This document shows, piece by piece, positions 1 to 13,079 of a stretch of 64,000 nt of DNA. The position numbers and the translations under genes were made by a program. The notes under the pieces are model-generated. The model was not told the origin of the DNA, made no database searches, and saw only the letters and a program-made list of their open reading frames with translations. This DNA is from Raillietiella orientalis. Lineage: Eukaryota. Position 1 is the stretch's first letter, and each line of letters opens with the position of its first letter. The DNA lies in contig JAYWIR010000017.1 in NCBI GenBank assembly GCA_036172245.1, forward strand, positions 2,480,001 to 2,544,000, read 5' to 3'.

Positions 1-1099
1 CAGAAGCGTCGAAAATTTATTATTCACAAACCAGATCCACTGCTGCAGGACCGCGTGATGATGCAGAGAGATCCTGCGGAAGAGATGCAACGGATACTTG
101 GTGGGGAAACATTTAGTAAGATAATTTAATGTAACCCGTAGAAGACTCGAACGCCCCAGCTAAACTTCTATAATTCAGGAAGGTCAAAGAGACTGCATGA
201 GAAATCTCAGCGTTGGACTCGTGCACGCGGTACATTCGCGGATGTTGACAGGTCAGAGCGTGTCTCAGAGTGCTGCATGTGTGATTTTAAAATACGGATT
301 CCCTTGTCACAACAAAACGCATTGTTTTTGTTTTTATTTTTTGCTCGCTTTGCAGCCATTTCACGATGGATGTCACTGTGACATGTTCACGTGTGTATAC
401 CCATTTGTGATAAGCAAATAAGAATAGCGAATTAAAAGTAGATAAATTACTCGGTGGATGAGGAGGGAGTTTTTTTGCAAGCAGGTGAAACGTGGCCTTC
501 TCAAGAAGTTCCCATGCTACTAAGACGGCTCGCACTACGAACGTTACTTTCCATCAGTGGAAGGGAAATTTTACACATGATAGAGGGAGAGGATGCTCAA
601 ACGTTTGAGTAAAGGATGACCAGTGTTGAGCTAGGTGTATCTCTTTCACGTGTGAAGAAGTTTTTTTTTTTTTTTTTTGCAATCTTCTATCAGGACGGCT
701 CAAGAAACGGGTTACTACAAGCAACAAGCGCATAGAAAACGTATTTTTTTATAAGTAGTTTGGATGTCGACGAGCATGATGAGCAAGATGGAAGCTGGAG
801 GACGGTTGCCTCAGAAGAATTGTCTGCTAGTCTCATTTCTATTTCAACTGCGCTGATTTTTCATCTTGCCTTCAACAGGCGATCTATGGGATTCTCGTGC
901 AGTAGCCAACGGTCATCCACTCCGTTTGTCGACAAGAAGCATGGAAATGTGCCAACGGGAGAGCTCATCTTTCCACGATGACGTTTATTGCAGCGAAGAT
1001 CACAAAGTCCACTGCAAACGAAGGATACGGAGACAAGCTCCTGCTGTGGAGGCCGCAGGGACCAAAAGATGAGGAGATTCCAAGCTCTCAATGTCGGGC

Positions 1100-2260
1100 T
1101 AAGACTCGAATGAAGGAGATCCTCGCCTCCTGATCATCACCGGTGCACGTTGCAGGCAGGAGGTAACAACACAATGGTTGGCGTGAAGAGCATCCACCAG
1201 TTTGAGGGCTTTGGAAATTTGATTGTACGCGTCCGATAGGTGTGCTAGGCCCTACTGATCTTACGGAAAGCAAGCAGCTCAAGAGAAATTTCCCCCTTCC
1301 AGCCAGAAGCAACGGGGAAAGTTTCTTTGTTCGTAGACGACAACAGAGAGCTGGAATCTGCTACCAGCGACCGGGACAACCGGGAATGCGCTGGAATACT
1401 TTCAGGGACGGAAACGAAAATCCACCGAGAGATCAAGAAGTCTGAACAGCCGGAATTGCCGGAACAGCCAAGAACAAATGCAATCAGGCATGCACCATGC
1501 AGGAACCTGCATGGTGCATGCCTGAATCCCCCTTCAAAGCCTAGGGAACATGGAAACTGCTCCTGAATTCTCTTGCCCTCTTTGGCACCTCAGCTGATGC
1601 ACGAGTGCATCGAATGCAACACGTCATCGGGAAGAGGAGAGTTCCAGTGAAGCTCCCGAGACTTGCTCGGCCACCCTCGAGAGAAAACGCCCCACTCGGG
1701 ACCGGGAACAGAACGTCGGAAGGGGCTCGCAATGGAATGTGGGATTTCCTCGACGTTATGGGTTCCAATGAAGACGTTTTAATGATCTAAGCGTGCCCCC
1801 ACCTAGCTGGGAGGAAAGCGCAATTCCCTGCGGTAGTGGTGGTCCGAAAGAACGGAAGCGTCGCTGCTTCACGTTAGAAAAAAGGGAGAAAATGGTAGAG
1901 GAAAGTCGAAAGGCGCTACCGTTGATGTACTGTGTGTTCCATGCAGAGACGATTCCGAGATGCAAAAATGAAGGCATCCGCTCGGGAAACCATAAAGAAA
2001 GGAGGTAGGGAAAAACGAAGAATCCAAAAGACGGATGACCGCATTTCGGAACGCAGGCAGCGTTCCAGCTCTCCCTGAGCTTCATTAGAGGCAGTGAGTC
2101 GTCTCGGAGGCCGTGATGTGCTCCTCTGAAAGGAGCCACTGTCGTTCCAAGACGTTCCTCTTTCCAGAGGTGCCGCTTCCAGCGTTTGTGAAGAATCGGA
2201 TTCGTTCAGGATGTTCATCAAAACGTCGTGAATGGCGTGTCTCTTTATTCTTGCCTTCGC
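1100..2260 (+). mobile_element. Degenerate Ty3/Gypsy pol relic (protease + start of reverse transcriptase)
   Basis: Motifs in the expected order across frameshifts: LIITGA (1130-1147, cf. protease LxDTGA), FEGFGN (1201-1218), PAVVVVRKNGSV (1827-1862, cf. SPxVLVxKKDGS), ALPLM, IRSGNHK (cf. LxSGYHQ), EESKRRMTAF (2017-2046, cf. EExxxKTAF). Confidence 0.65.
1484..1525. repeat. Perfect inverted repeat, 20-bp arms, 2-nt spacer
   Basis: TCAGGCATGCACCATGCAGG-AA-CCTGCATGGTGCATGCCTGA read directly. Confidence 0.97.
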
Positions 2261-2449
2261 CACTTCCTGTTGCAGCGTTCCGTTTCCCTGTGGATTCCAC
2301 CCCGACGTGTATATGAAAAATGAAGGGCAGTGCAGAGATCTTGTAAGACGCTCCACCCAGCGATTATTTCGATTTCAGGCATTTTCTTTTCTTTTTTTTT
2401 TTTGTTTTTCATGTTTTTTTTTTTATTCGCTTCATGTTGGAAATCCAAG

Positions 2450-3020
2450 GAGTATGATGTCTCGTTGGTGCGTGTGACAAACGCACGCACGCACTCACAC
2501 GCCAGCTCACGGGCAGCTTCGTCGGGGAGAGCGAACGAATGCGGTCTGAAGCAGCCGCTAGGCTTTCGGGGAAGATCCTGGGCGTGTCCGATGGGCTCGC
2601 CTTTGGAAATGTTGCTTCCCTCCTCTTTCCGCCCCGCCAACCCGATCTCTGACTCGCTCACTCGATCGCGAATTCCGACCACGCAGCTTCTCGCCAGCTC
2701 TGTCTCATGAGAGCTCCGAAGAACGAAAAAGAAAGCCAGGTTTCCTTGACTTCCACCCCCCCTGCAAGTGATCTGACTGTAGGGATCGATCCAGGGGGCA
2801 AGGATCCTGGAAAATCCAGTCTGGTTGCTTCCTTACCATCCCTTGTTTTCAAATGGCTCACTCCTGAAGCGCATTGGCGTCCCGTTGGCTACAGAGCTCC
2901 CTTGAGATTCCTGTCGGGGATGTGTGTGTCCTGTCCATGTGGCCAGCAAGAGCTCCTCAACCGTGAACGTTTCGATTTCGTCCAAGGAGCGCTCCGAATG
3001 TCCAGGACGGACCAAGACAG
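2450..3020 (-). mobile_element. Degenerate non-LTR retrotransposon ORF2 relic (linker/RT N-terminus)
   Basis: Minus-strand fragments ETFTVEELLLA (cf. FTxxELxxA), GSIPTV, LPRKPSGCFRPHSF (cf. IPKxxxxYRPISL), in order. Confidence 0.4.
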
Positions 3021-3899
3021 CGGCCGGAAATCTTGACCGACGTTCCGAGTTCCAGGACTTCGTTCCGGGTGCTCGCTGTTAAGCCTCAGACTGGAAAGAT
3101 GGTCGCCTACGAGGCAGCGTTCTCATTCAAGACGCGCCCTTCATACGGTTCTTTGCCGATGGCTGGGGAAGCAGTCTCTTTTGTCCTCCGCCTGCTCCCT
3201 TCCCCAGCACGCTGGCTGCCTGATGAGTCGTCTCCGGCACATCCAGTCATATCTTAAAGACCGGCATCGTATTTCATTAAAAGGTCTTCATTTCCCTCAG
3301 GGAAAGAAATTTTTCTTTTTCACCGTTCCCCATTTTCGATCGCTTTTTTTATATTTCATCTTCTGATTCCTCGGTGAAGCGCCATCGGCTGATCTTCAAC
3401 CAGACTTTCTTTTTTCTTCCTTTGGACCATCAAAAATGTTGAAAGTGGAGGATCAGAAATAGAGCCTGCTGCGTGGGCAACAGCCAGTGGCCATTGCTGG
3501 GGTCTGTCCCTCAGATGATCCGCTCTGTCCAGACTCACGTGCTCGGTTTGGTGGAAAACAGGTGCTACGTCCTCCCCTTGAAAAGTGACGTCCTACAGAT
3601 GTTCTCCAAGTGTCGCTTCTCGTGTAAGAAGGACCGCGAAGAAAGAAAGGGGTTCAGTCCTCTCTTCGTGGCAGTTTCCTTGGTGGCTCATCCTTCTCTT
3701 TCTGATAGACGGGTGACAAGGAGAAGTTCCCAGTAACACGGATAGGAAATATTCTAAGTTCAATTCTAAAGTAATAAGCAACATATTAAGATGGAGGGTG
3801 AGGAATAAAGTTCTTCAACTATGGATCCCGCAGCTCATAAAGTCATTTGTGAAGGGTCATACGTACAGGAATTTTTCCCGTTTCCGCAAGCTACGAGAG

Positions 3900-5250
3900 C
3901 TCTCCAAACACTCGGGATTTGTGGAGGACCAAGCAGAAGCAGAAGACATTGTTCTCTCCTTTCTGTAGGGGTCACTTTCAAAAGCGAGCATTTAGACGCA
4001 ATTGCATTCGTCCGCCAGTTCCCTGCTTCGGCTTCAACTCGTTCGGAGTTTAGAAGAAATGCTTTACAAGAATAAAGACCTTGGAAACCTTTCACCGCAA
4101 CACACAGGTCACGGTCACGACTTGGTTTCTTTAGACACCAATCTGATAGTAGCGCCTTCCAAGCTACAGAAAACACTTTGACAGGAACAAGCTTGTAGAT
4201 TTGTAAGACTCCCACCTAGAATTTCCTCCGAGCTAGTACCGTGTGATTTTGTCCTGGTCATCTCTACCGCTGTTCATTTGATTTTTGGAGCCAAGCAAAT
4301 GGTTTCGATCTCCAGCGATTCCCGCTTTATAAACACTTTTAAGAGAACGACACCGGTCAATTCCTTACTGGAATTTTCCATGCGCTGCTCTTCGAGACCA
4401 ACTTTCCTTCCATTCGATCCTTTTGGTCCTAACCAAAGAGTTCTGTCCATCAAAGGGAAGGGCAAAATACTGCAGTTTGTTCGTGGTTGCTACTTCTGAC
4501 TTCATTTTTCTTCCGAAGGGAAATCTTCTGCGAGTTTGCTGCTCTTGTTAGTCGAGAAAAAAGTTGGAAAAGCAACCTGCCTTCAGCAAGAGTGGAGGAA
4601 TAATAGATTGAAGTTCAGTGAGAACAACTGTTCGTTAATTACGGGCAAATGATCGTATTTGATGATGAAAATCACGGTTTTCTCTCTTGCTCTTCAACAT
4701 TCCAGGTGCCCAATGAGCAAAAGATAGGAGTAGAGTGAAATTTGGGAGCACATGAAGAACATAAAAATAATGAAAATTTGTAGCTTCGAACGGAGTGCTG
4801 CCTGAATTTTGTGGCGAATGAGGATCAAGAACCCTACTGCGCTTACAGCAGTGGTACACCACTTAGGTATTCTTGACGCTTCTGTGATAGGAGGTGCTCT
4901 TCATTTCGCTACGTGAGCTGCTGGCCCATGATGCCAACGATCAAATTTGTATCGGAAGATCCAGTGTTTGCAGCCACTCCTACGGTTGATTTTGCTAAAA
5001 CTCTTGCTGGGCTTCTCCAAGACGTGCCAACCCGCGCACCAGCAATTCTTCCTCGAAAAAAAATGAGCAGGGTGCTTCCACCAAAATATCTCATCCACTC
5101 TTTTATCTGCAGTACTTGTCCTGGATTGAATTTCCTTTGCTGAAAGAACTTTAGAAGCAATCTGCAGAGCTTCAACAGTCACCAACGATAGAGAATATTC
5201 ATGGATAATTGAAGATTATTTTCTATTTGTTTTCCAGACATGTTTCTGAT
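3900..5250 (-). mobile_element. Degenerate CR1-like non-LTR relic (RT C-terminal half)
   Basis: VEALQ, RKFNPG (cf. FNxxK), MRYFG (cf. KYLG), and downstream RDRDLCVAVKGFQG (cf. CR1 RxRGDLIxVYKxxxG). Confidence 0.35.
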
Positions 5251-6279
5251 AATACAAACAGTAGGACGCCATCCGCTTCGTTGAAGCACTATTCCTTGCT
5301 TACCTATTTTTCAAGCACTCTTTTGCAAGAATTCAGAATTTAAGAGCAGAGATGGGTTTCCGTTTTCTGGTTCAACAAAAGGACATAACCACGATGGAAA
5401 GTCTTCTCAATAATTCCTTTGAGATGGTCTTTAAGATGCTCCTTAACCACTGCGGCAAGAACGTGTATTCGTGCAGTCCATGATACTACTAGATCACCGT
5501 TCACTTCTTCCGCTGTTCCCCCAGCTGCTAGATTAAGGTAGAGAGGCCGTGACGTGTTAGCAGATGTGAAAAATGCTAAGGATCTCTTTTTTGAATGAGG
5601 AAATTGGCTCGAGCACCAAAGTGAACCAGGATTTCCTGCGCACCAGCAGCAGTGTTTGCCAGCAACACTGCTTCTTGGGTCGCAGCGACTTGAGAGAAGA
5701 CAGGGACTGCCTAAAGCTTCCAGGACTCGAGCATCAGCATGGTCTTCATTGGTTATAACCTTCTTCGCATTACGTGGGACACTAAGAAGCTCTCTTGGAA
5801 GTGTCCTTTGGCTCTCGAATTATTAAAAGATTAAGTTCAGTTAAACACATTGAGATATGAAGCTTCTATTCACAGTGGGTGTCTATTATTACGAATTATA
5901 AGATCATTTGGAGAAAGAAAAATCGAAAAGGAAAACGGTCAATGAAACCAATTTTGGAAACATTTATGGATCTGGATCCTGTGATATCCTGTGAGAGAGA
6001 CCTTCCTTTAGTGTGAAACCTGAAGACAGAGATGCAGATCTCAGCCCTGACTGATTATCCTTCCAAAAAATCACATACTTACCAACAGTTTAGTGGACGA
6101 GGTTCGAAACCACAGTGCGGCCACCGCAGCAAATCAGGGCATGCTGAAGGCATTAGTTGGAGAAAGAGTGAGCGAGAGTGAACGAGCGGTGCGCTCATCG
6201 TGAAAGACAAGCAGCCACACACAAGGATCCTCTAGGATACAACGCAATTAGAAGATTCAATCCATTTGTTTTGCTCTCG

Positions 6280-6900
6280 TGGGAATATTATAAGGATATT
6301 TTTTTTGCCCTGTTTTAAACCAAGTTCTTCCACTGTTGAGGAAGTTTTTGTAGTTGGTTTTCAAGGAACACTTTTGAACGGTAAGCAAGTGACCATTTCT
6401 CCTATTTACATGCTCGAAATACCTATGGCTGACTCGTTTGCTGAAACCGATGCAAAGGTACACCCGGAAGCGCAGCAGAAATCCTTTGTACGCACTTCGG
6501 ATGTTCCTCCTATTTGCTTTTTTTTTTGTTCTCCCAGGCATCACCAAAAAATGCATTTTTTAGAAGGGGTTTCGCTGACCTGTGTGGGCGAGATCACCTT
6601 ATTCGATCTGGATCCAGTCCTCGAGCTGCTCTTTAGAAGATCTTCAGTTTCGCACCGTGCTTTTTGTTTGTCTCGCTCTTCATTGAGGAACTCCCGCATA
6701 TTGATGCTCCTTGATTCTTCCGTCCAGGGAAGTAGAAATCTCGCTTTTCCAGGAACTGTCCATTCTTTCGGATACTCAGCGGAGGATGCTTGCGTGTTCT
6801 TAAAAAAAAAAAAACCCAGCAATTTTTCCTCTTGCACAAATTCGACATTGCTTGGCGTGACTTTTGATTTATGTACCAAAGAGGGTGTAGTCATGTCTAT
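6280..6900 (-). mobile_element. Degenerate CR1/L2-like 3' ORF2 relic
   Basis: NVEFVQEEKLLGFFF (cf. ExVxxxKxLGxxF) followed by RNGHLLTVQKCSLKTNYKNFLNSGRTW (cf. TRGHxxKL...FFxxRVxxxWN). Confidence 0.45.
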
Positions 6901-7523
6901 TGGTTTACTCCTGTTCTAATAATACTCAGTGTCTTTGATGCATGTGCCTGTTGACAATCAATTTCAGCATCCATTTGAAGTGATCCGAGAGATGAGTTTT
7001 CTCACATAGCGTACCAGTGACTGCTGTGACTGGCATCATGACTCGATGGAAACACCGTGTCTGCCTTGCTGCCCGGATCGTGATTTATCAATTAAATTCT
7101 GTGATCAACCACGCTTTAAACGATCCGCTCACCCTTCGAGAATTGTTTTCCGGGAATTTTGACAAGCTATAATTATTCCTGCTTATTAAATATTTTCTCC
7201 CTTTTCATCATTGTCCGTCGGATACTTTCCTCGAATCGGAATCGGTTTTCACATTTTTGAATTCCACTTTGACATGAAGATGATTTTTTGCATCCTGCGA
7301 TGATTCCATGCTTCGAAAGCTTTCATTTTTCTGCAGGATTGAAGTTCCCCTGGTAACCACGAGTTTCCTTCGTTTATCATTCCGCTATTGATGGCTCGTC
7401 CAGATATTCACTTCTTTCCAGAAATCGCCGTCCTCCTGGAAAGGAGACGCCGCGTGCCCGAACACGGCGGTAAAACTGAACGATTCTCTCGTGTGACGAT
7501 GGAGTGCTTTAGGAAATTGATGG

Positions 7524-7755
7524 ATCCAAAGCAAGGTGGAGTTTCTTTTGGAAAAAAAAGAAAAAATGGGTCCATCTCAGTTCCATGTTTATGCCATTAT
7601 AATCTCATCCCCTTCGTTCACTTTGGCATGCTGGGCAACACGGAGCCGCACCCTCCACAAGAGTTTAAAAGTTGCACTCCAAGAGTAATCAACCCCTCGT
7701 TAAAATGTCGAAACGAAAGTCTTCTTCAGCAGCTCTACAGAATCTACAGAATCGA
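7524..7755 (+). repeat. Left arm of long inverted repeat (partner 9675-9907)
   Basis: Aligns by eye to the reverse complement of 9675-9907, about 90% identity in the core plus a few indels; both translate as MLGNTEPxPPQEFxxCTPRxINPSLKCRxES. Confidence 0.93.
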
Positions 7756-9399
7756 ACATTACCATGATGGACTCTTCGGGATCTCACTTCGCCGTTCACA
7801 AGAGAACTCTTGAGAGCGCTTCTGTTCTAATTCCATGTTGTTGTGGAATGCTTTAGACCGGGCTTTAGAATTTCATAGACTCTTTAGCAAGCGATCTCTG
7901 AGTTCGACGAACCCACCTGAATCCGCTGAATGAATCTCAAATCGACCTGAAAAATAAAGTTACTTTGCAGGAGGTTACCATGATGCTACCACGAATTGCC
8001 GACCGTGGTCGCAAAAGTGGTAGAATGGGATTTCTTTCTCGCCCCAAGATTGCAGGAAGAGTGGGAATTGTAAACTCGAAGCAAGGCAGTGGAAGAACCC
8101 AGTTCGAATCCTCCAAGTGCCCTGGTGCAAGAAAGTAGGAACAGAACACTTTCAGATGAAAGCAGGATTTGGGATATGGAAGCAATTGTTTTTAGAAAGC
8201 TCTACATCAAGTGGTTTTATGAAAATTCTACTGCGGGAAAACATTATGGCGTGCTACCCAGCTATTTGTTTGTTCGCTTCAACATGAAAACATTGTATCA
8301 AAGAAAATGCTGGATATATTCGTTTTTTTTTTTTTTTTTTTTTTTTGAATCCCTTTATTTGGTTGGAGGCAATAAGTTTTGGAGATTTCGGTGGTTGTCC
8401 AGAATCAATGTGGATACCTTTAACACAATTGCGTTCTCTTTTTTGTCGTCCAAAAGATAGATAGTCTTCGATGTAAGCTATTCAACTCGCCTGAATACCC
8501 AGAGTTATACAAATGTGATGCTTTGATTTCAGGAGTGTTTCTCTTTTTTCATGATGCTGATACAGCTATAAACCACCACGAAGATATTTTCTTCTTGGTG
8601 ACACTTATGTGACCATCATAACTCACGGTTACTATCTGTGCAGCAGTTAATGTCTCTATTAGGTAATATTGACTCCAGCTTAACTATGATTGTAGGGTTC
8701 CTCTTGATAGAAATCTAAGGCCTTAGAGGTGTTTCTACCTCATGCTGTTGTGATACTTCAAACACAATTACTTATGCTGACGACATGACTTGGCAGGAGA
8801 AGACTTCTTTCGGATTCTCACATATATCATTCCACTGTTCCTCTGGAACAGCAAATAGCCCCTTTTCAATTAATTTGACGGATTTGTGATTTTTTCCTGC
8901 AAAATATTTCATTTGTGAAAGTTTTCTTTTTTTTAAGGAAGTCGGACGCTGGATACGACCGTACACCGTCTGCCCCACACAAATGCCGAAGTAAATGGTA
9001 ATAAACTATACCTTTGTTCAGACGCATAGATTAGGAACTGGTAACAAATCATCTCTTTTTCTCTCGCGAGTTCCGTTCTCTTGCAGCAAGAGTAAAAAGA
9101 ACTGATTTTCACATTCACTTCTATGCTAATGCGTGTCTGTGGAATTGATACTAAATCAAGGGATACCTTACTTTCAGAAGATATTTATAAAGATAAGGAA
9201 TGTATTTGCATGTTAGTGGTTCAAAGGAAGACAAAGATCATTAGCAAGTGACCTTTAGCTCGATCTCATCCTTAGAGAACTTCGGCGGTCGATTCCGAAG
9301 CTCATCTCGCTCAGCGGGAAACTTCTCACTAAAAACGAGGGAAAAAACTGGAATCTCCATATTTCACGATGAGCACCTCCGGAAAGGCTATTTAGCCTA

Positions 9400-9670
9400 A
9401 TTGAATATCTGTGGGGATACGAGGAACTGAAACTCGGGATCTTGGCGTAGACTTTGATGCTCGGAGTTACAACACAATAGTTATCTTGAATGGGACACAG
9501 GAGTGGAAATTCCTACCGACCTATATTGCCTCTCGGTCCTACTTGCAGTGGTCCAGAGGATTGAAGAGGATCCAAAACTCCAGAGCGGATTCATGTTTCA
9601 TGAAAAGTGGACTCATATTTGAAAACCGCAGGAGTACCTTAAAGTTCGTCTGCAGAGATCTTCAAGAAGC
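9400..9670 (+). mobile_element. CR1-like RT C-terminal fragment
   Basis: TRDLGVDFDARSY (cf. RDLGVxxDxxLxF) in ORF 9411..9686. Confidence 0.35.
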
Positions 9671-9674
9671 TGAG

Positions 9675-9907
9675 TCGATTCTGTAGGGCTGCTGAAGAGG
9701 ACTTTCGCTTCGACATTTTAACGAGGGATTGATTGCTCTTGGAGTGCAATTTTCAAACTCTTGTGGAGGGTACGGTTCCGTGTTGCCCAGCATGCTGTCA
9801 CTCCAAAGTGAACGAAGGGGAAGGAGATTAAAGTGGCAAGATGTGCATAAATATAGAACTGAGATGGACCCATTTCCTCCCAAGATGAATGCCAGCTTGC
9901 TCTGGAT
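9675..9907 (-). repeat. Right arm of long inverted repeat (partner 7524-7755)
   Basis: Reverse-complement match to 7524-7755. Confidence 0.93.
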
Positions 9908-11292
9908 TAGAGACGGCAGCAACAAATACGTCAGTTATCGGCCAGTGACCACGCATGTGACCGTTTCTGGTTTGAGAGTTTGCCGACTTGCTTTGGATTG
10001 CTGGTTTGAGGAGGAAAGCGAACGGGCGCTACCACCGGCACTGGCACCCAGGTTTAATGGCAACAGAATATCCTTGGAATCCCGGAAGTGAATCTAGGCA
10101 AATTCTTCAAGATACCATTTGTTGCTTCATGTCTCACGATCCCTGCTTTCTGAACAAGCAAAGAGGCTGCTAACGCTACGTGCTTTCCTTTGATCCATTA
10201 TCTCTGATAGCGATTCAATGCAAAATTTTCAATAACTAATGGACTGCAGTTCTTGATGATCGTGAATGATTTTTTAGGTAGCGCTCCTGCAAAAGAATGT
10301 GGGTGGGTAGTTCGTGGCTTTCAAATCTCGCGGAGAAAATCGGCCCCTATTTCTATTTACAACACTACTGTGATTGTGTTTCCGAAGATTAGAAAGCGCC
10401 ATCATTCCTGTGCCTCACACTCTCAGGTCGCATCCACAGCCGATCCTGAAGATGCATCGTAAGGATTCAATTATAAAGTCGACAACCTGTCGGGCCGATA
10501 ATCCGTAGTCAATCTGCCGTTCCGTAGGCAAATTCATGTCGAGATGTGGATTTTATGAAGCCAAACAGAGTGTTGGCTGACTGAGGCCCGTCCATTGGAT
10601 TTCGGTGGTTCAGAGATGAAGGTTCACCTTTTGGGGTTAACTGTTCGACGTTTCAAACTGCAGGGAGACCCAGCTGGAAACGACGCCGCTCGTCGGGAAG
10701 AAGAGCGAAAAAGTGTTTTTGGAAACTTTGAAAATTTTCCTCATTCCCAGACCACCTCGATTTTTCAACTTTGGAGTTCCCTGTAATTGTTTTTGATGCG
10801 TTCCCGTCTGTCTCCAAACCATGAACGCGTGACAGGCACAGTGGAAAAGAAAGAATTCAAAACGACCTTGCTGTGAGAAGCAAATTTTTCAACATCCACC
10901 GAACCTTTCGTGGAATTTCGTTCCACTTGAAAACTTCCACCTTGGAAATGACTCCTTGTCACAGACGTCTGGGTGGAAGGTACGCCGCGTTCCCCTGTGT
11001 CCCTAATTTTTCAGTATGGCAGACAACCGTACAGTTTTCGGTTTGTTTCGCATCGTATTCGGAATTGGAATGCTGGAAATTCGCTTCCTCCTTTTGAGAC
11101 TGTCAATCGGAGTGTTTTCCTCTCTTGAATAGGCTTTCCAGCTCCTGCAGCCAAGTGCGCGCTCCGTCTTAATGATAGGTACGTTCAGGAAATTCCCCAG
11201 CACACAGATAATTCTACTGCTTCACTATAAGGGTATTTTCGTAGGTTGCTCTTAAGCTCCTGAATTCTTCATACGGCATCTATGCTGAGAAG

Positions 11293-11358
11293 GTCACACA
11301 CAACACGGCAAATAGACTCTCCGGAGCACCCGGGTGACAAACAACACGGCAAATAGAC
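11293..11358. repeat. 18-bp direct repeat flanking a CCGG-N5-CCGGGTGACA spacer
   Basis: ACAACACGGCAAATAGAC at 11300-11317 and 11341-11358; spacer TCTCCGGAGCACCCGGGTGACAA; GTCACA at 11293-11298. Confidence 0.95.
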
Positions 11359-13079
11359 GAAAAGGGAGTCTGGTATATAGGGAGAGCTCAAGGTAGTCTC
11401 GTCTGAGCCAATGTCTCTTTTCACAAGTTCATAGACCGTCTCTAAATTACAGCCAAAAGTGGATTCCCCTTTTAACACAGCAGCTTACCTCTGGAATCCA
11501 CGACGCCATGACCTACCATTGTACAAATGTATTTTGATGCTCGAGTGGAGTGCTTTTCGGCTTCTCAAAGAATTGCACGTTACATTAGCTTGTACACGAT
11601 CTCCTTAGATGATCTTTCAGTCCTCAAGTGGATGATGTAATGCAACCTCAGGTATGTAAACTGAGCCCAGAAGTTCGATTTTGCAGATATGCTTCACAAT
11701 CAGGAGGACGCTCTGCTCTGTTCAGAACTCCAAGAATGCTGAGCATGGTATGGGAGTGTCCAATGTGAGCTGCGTGCAGAGGTCTCGGGCTTCCCGAAAA
11801 CCCAAAGCAGGGTCTTTGGGAACATCCTGCACAGGACTGCCTAGGCATGTGCAGTCCCGTGAGGGTTTTTTGTTTGCGCGCGCCGTCGCATTTGCACGCA
11901 TCAAAAGGTCAGCATCATTTATGAGTAGCCTTTGTACGAAGCAAGCTAAGCCATCGTAAGGTGAATCCTAATTGCTCAGTCACCTCACTTATTATTTAAC
12001 AGAAATCATAGTAATTTTATAATGTGGCTTCTCGGGAATCTTGAGTTTCTGCGCGAACCATGATTGCCTTTGCATTTATTTCGAAATTGCAAGCCAAGAA
12101 GATTGAAAAAAATCTGCACCTGAATCCATCTCGATTTCGTGGGGAAGGAGCATCTCTGCTGGCAAGCACCATTCCACACTCATCGTATCCTGACATCGAT
12201 ACAAATTCAACAGGAACAGAACAAACAGAACAACTCGTGAGCAATTCTTGAATTGCTCTTGGTGAAGTGTTGCATTACAGGAAAGAAGGAATTTCTCGAT
12301 GGCGAGTTGTTCTGTTCCAGGGAGACGGCTCCGTACCTTCGGTTGTGCTCTGTGGCGAAAAGATCTTGAAAATGTGATCACAGGAAGATAACACGGCTCT
12401 CTAAGTGACTGACACTTTGATCTGACCTGAAAACAGACATCGGCATCAAGTGGAATGCTACCGAAGAAAACACCGCCGCCTGTGCGCGAACTCTGCACAG
12501 AAGCCGGCGAACACGGTCTCTGGTGTACCATCGACGCGCTGTCAAGTCTGAACACGCCGTGGTTCGCGGTTTTGGAATTCCGGACATTCTTCCAGCCAGA
12601 GAATAAGAGCACTCGTGTATTTCGAAGAACACTGTTGCCATGTCTCAGTAGGGAAGTGCAATTTGAACACGCTTCCTCATGTCAACTGTACGTGCAAGGG
12701 TAGCACTGATATGTCGCTTCATCCATTGCGGGCTCCACCACGGCTTTGACGTCACGAATGCTTATCACTCGAAAAGCTCGCGAATTACGAAGCATCTCTC
12801 TCCTGAGCTCTTTTGAGTTCTTGTACACAATGGTACAGTAATTGTCAGCACATTGCGTCCACAAGCATCATATTTGTGGTTTAATACATGCGAAAGTGTA
12901 GCGTTGCTGCCATACGAGTGACGTCATTACTATACGCATGCATGTGTGAATGAGCGTACGAGCATGCGTATGCACATGTATTTACGGAATCAGTGTACGT
13001 ACTCTGCATGCCTCGCGTGCACGCGACTCAATGGTGCAGACCTCCAGCGTGAAGTGTACATGGAAGAGTGGAAAGTACG

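Noticed and set aside
2707..3036. VGIDPG as a RuvC/TnpB/Fanzor-like motif
   Set aside because: Isolated motif in a 109-aa ORF with no other RuvC or zinc-finger spacing; the opposite strand is better explained as a non-LTR relic.
6266..6919. 217-aa plus-strand ORF as a host gene
   Set aside because: No recognisable domain, non-ATG start, and it is antisense to a CR1-like relic.
11293..11358. Repeat-spacer-repeat as a mini CRISPR array (also 59039-59097)
   Set aside because: Only two 18-bp repeats. Between loci it is the spacer, not the repeat, that is conserved. No cas genes, and the context is eukaryotic.
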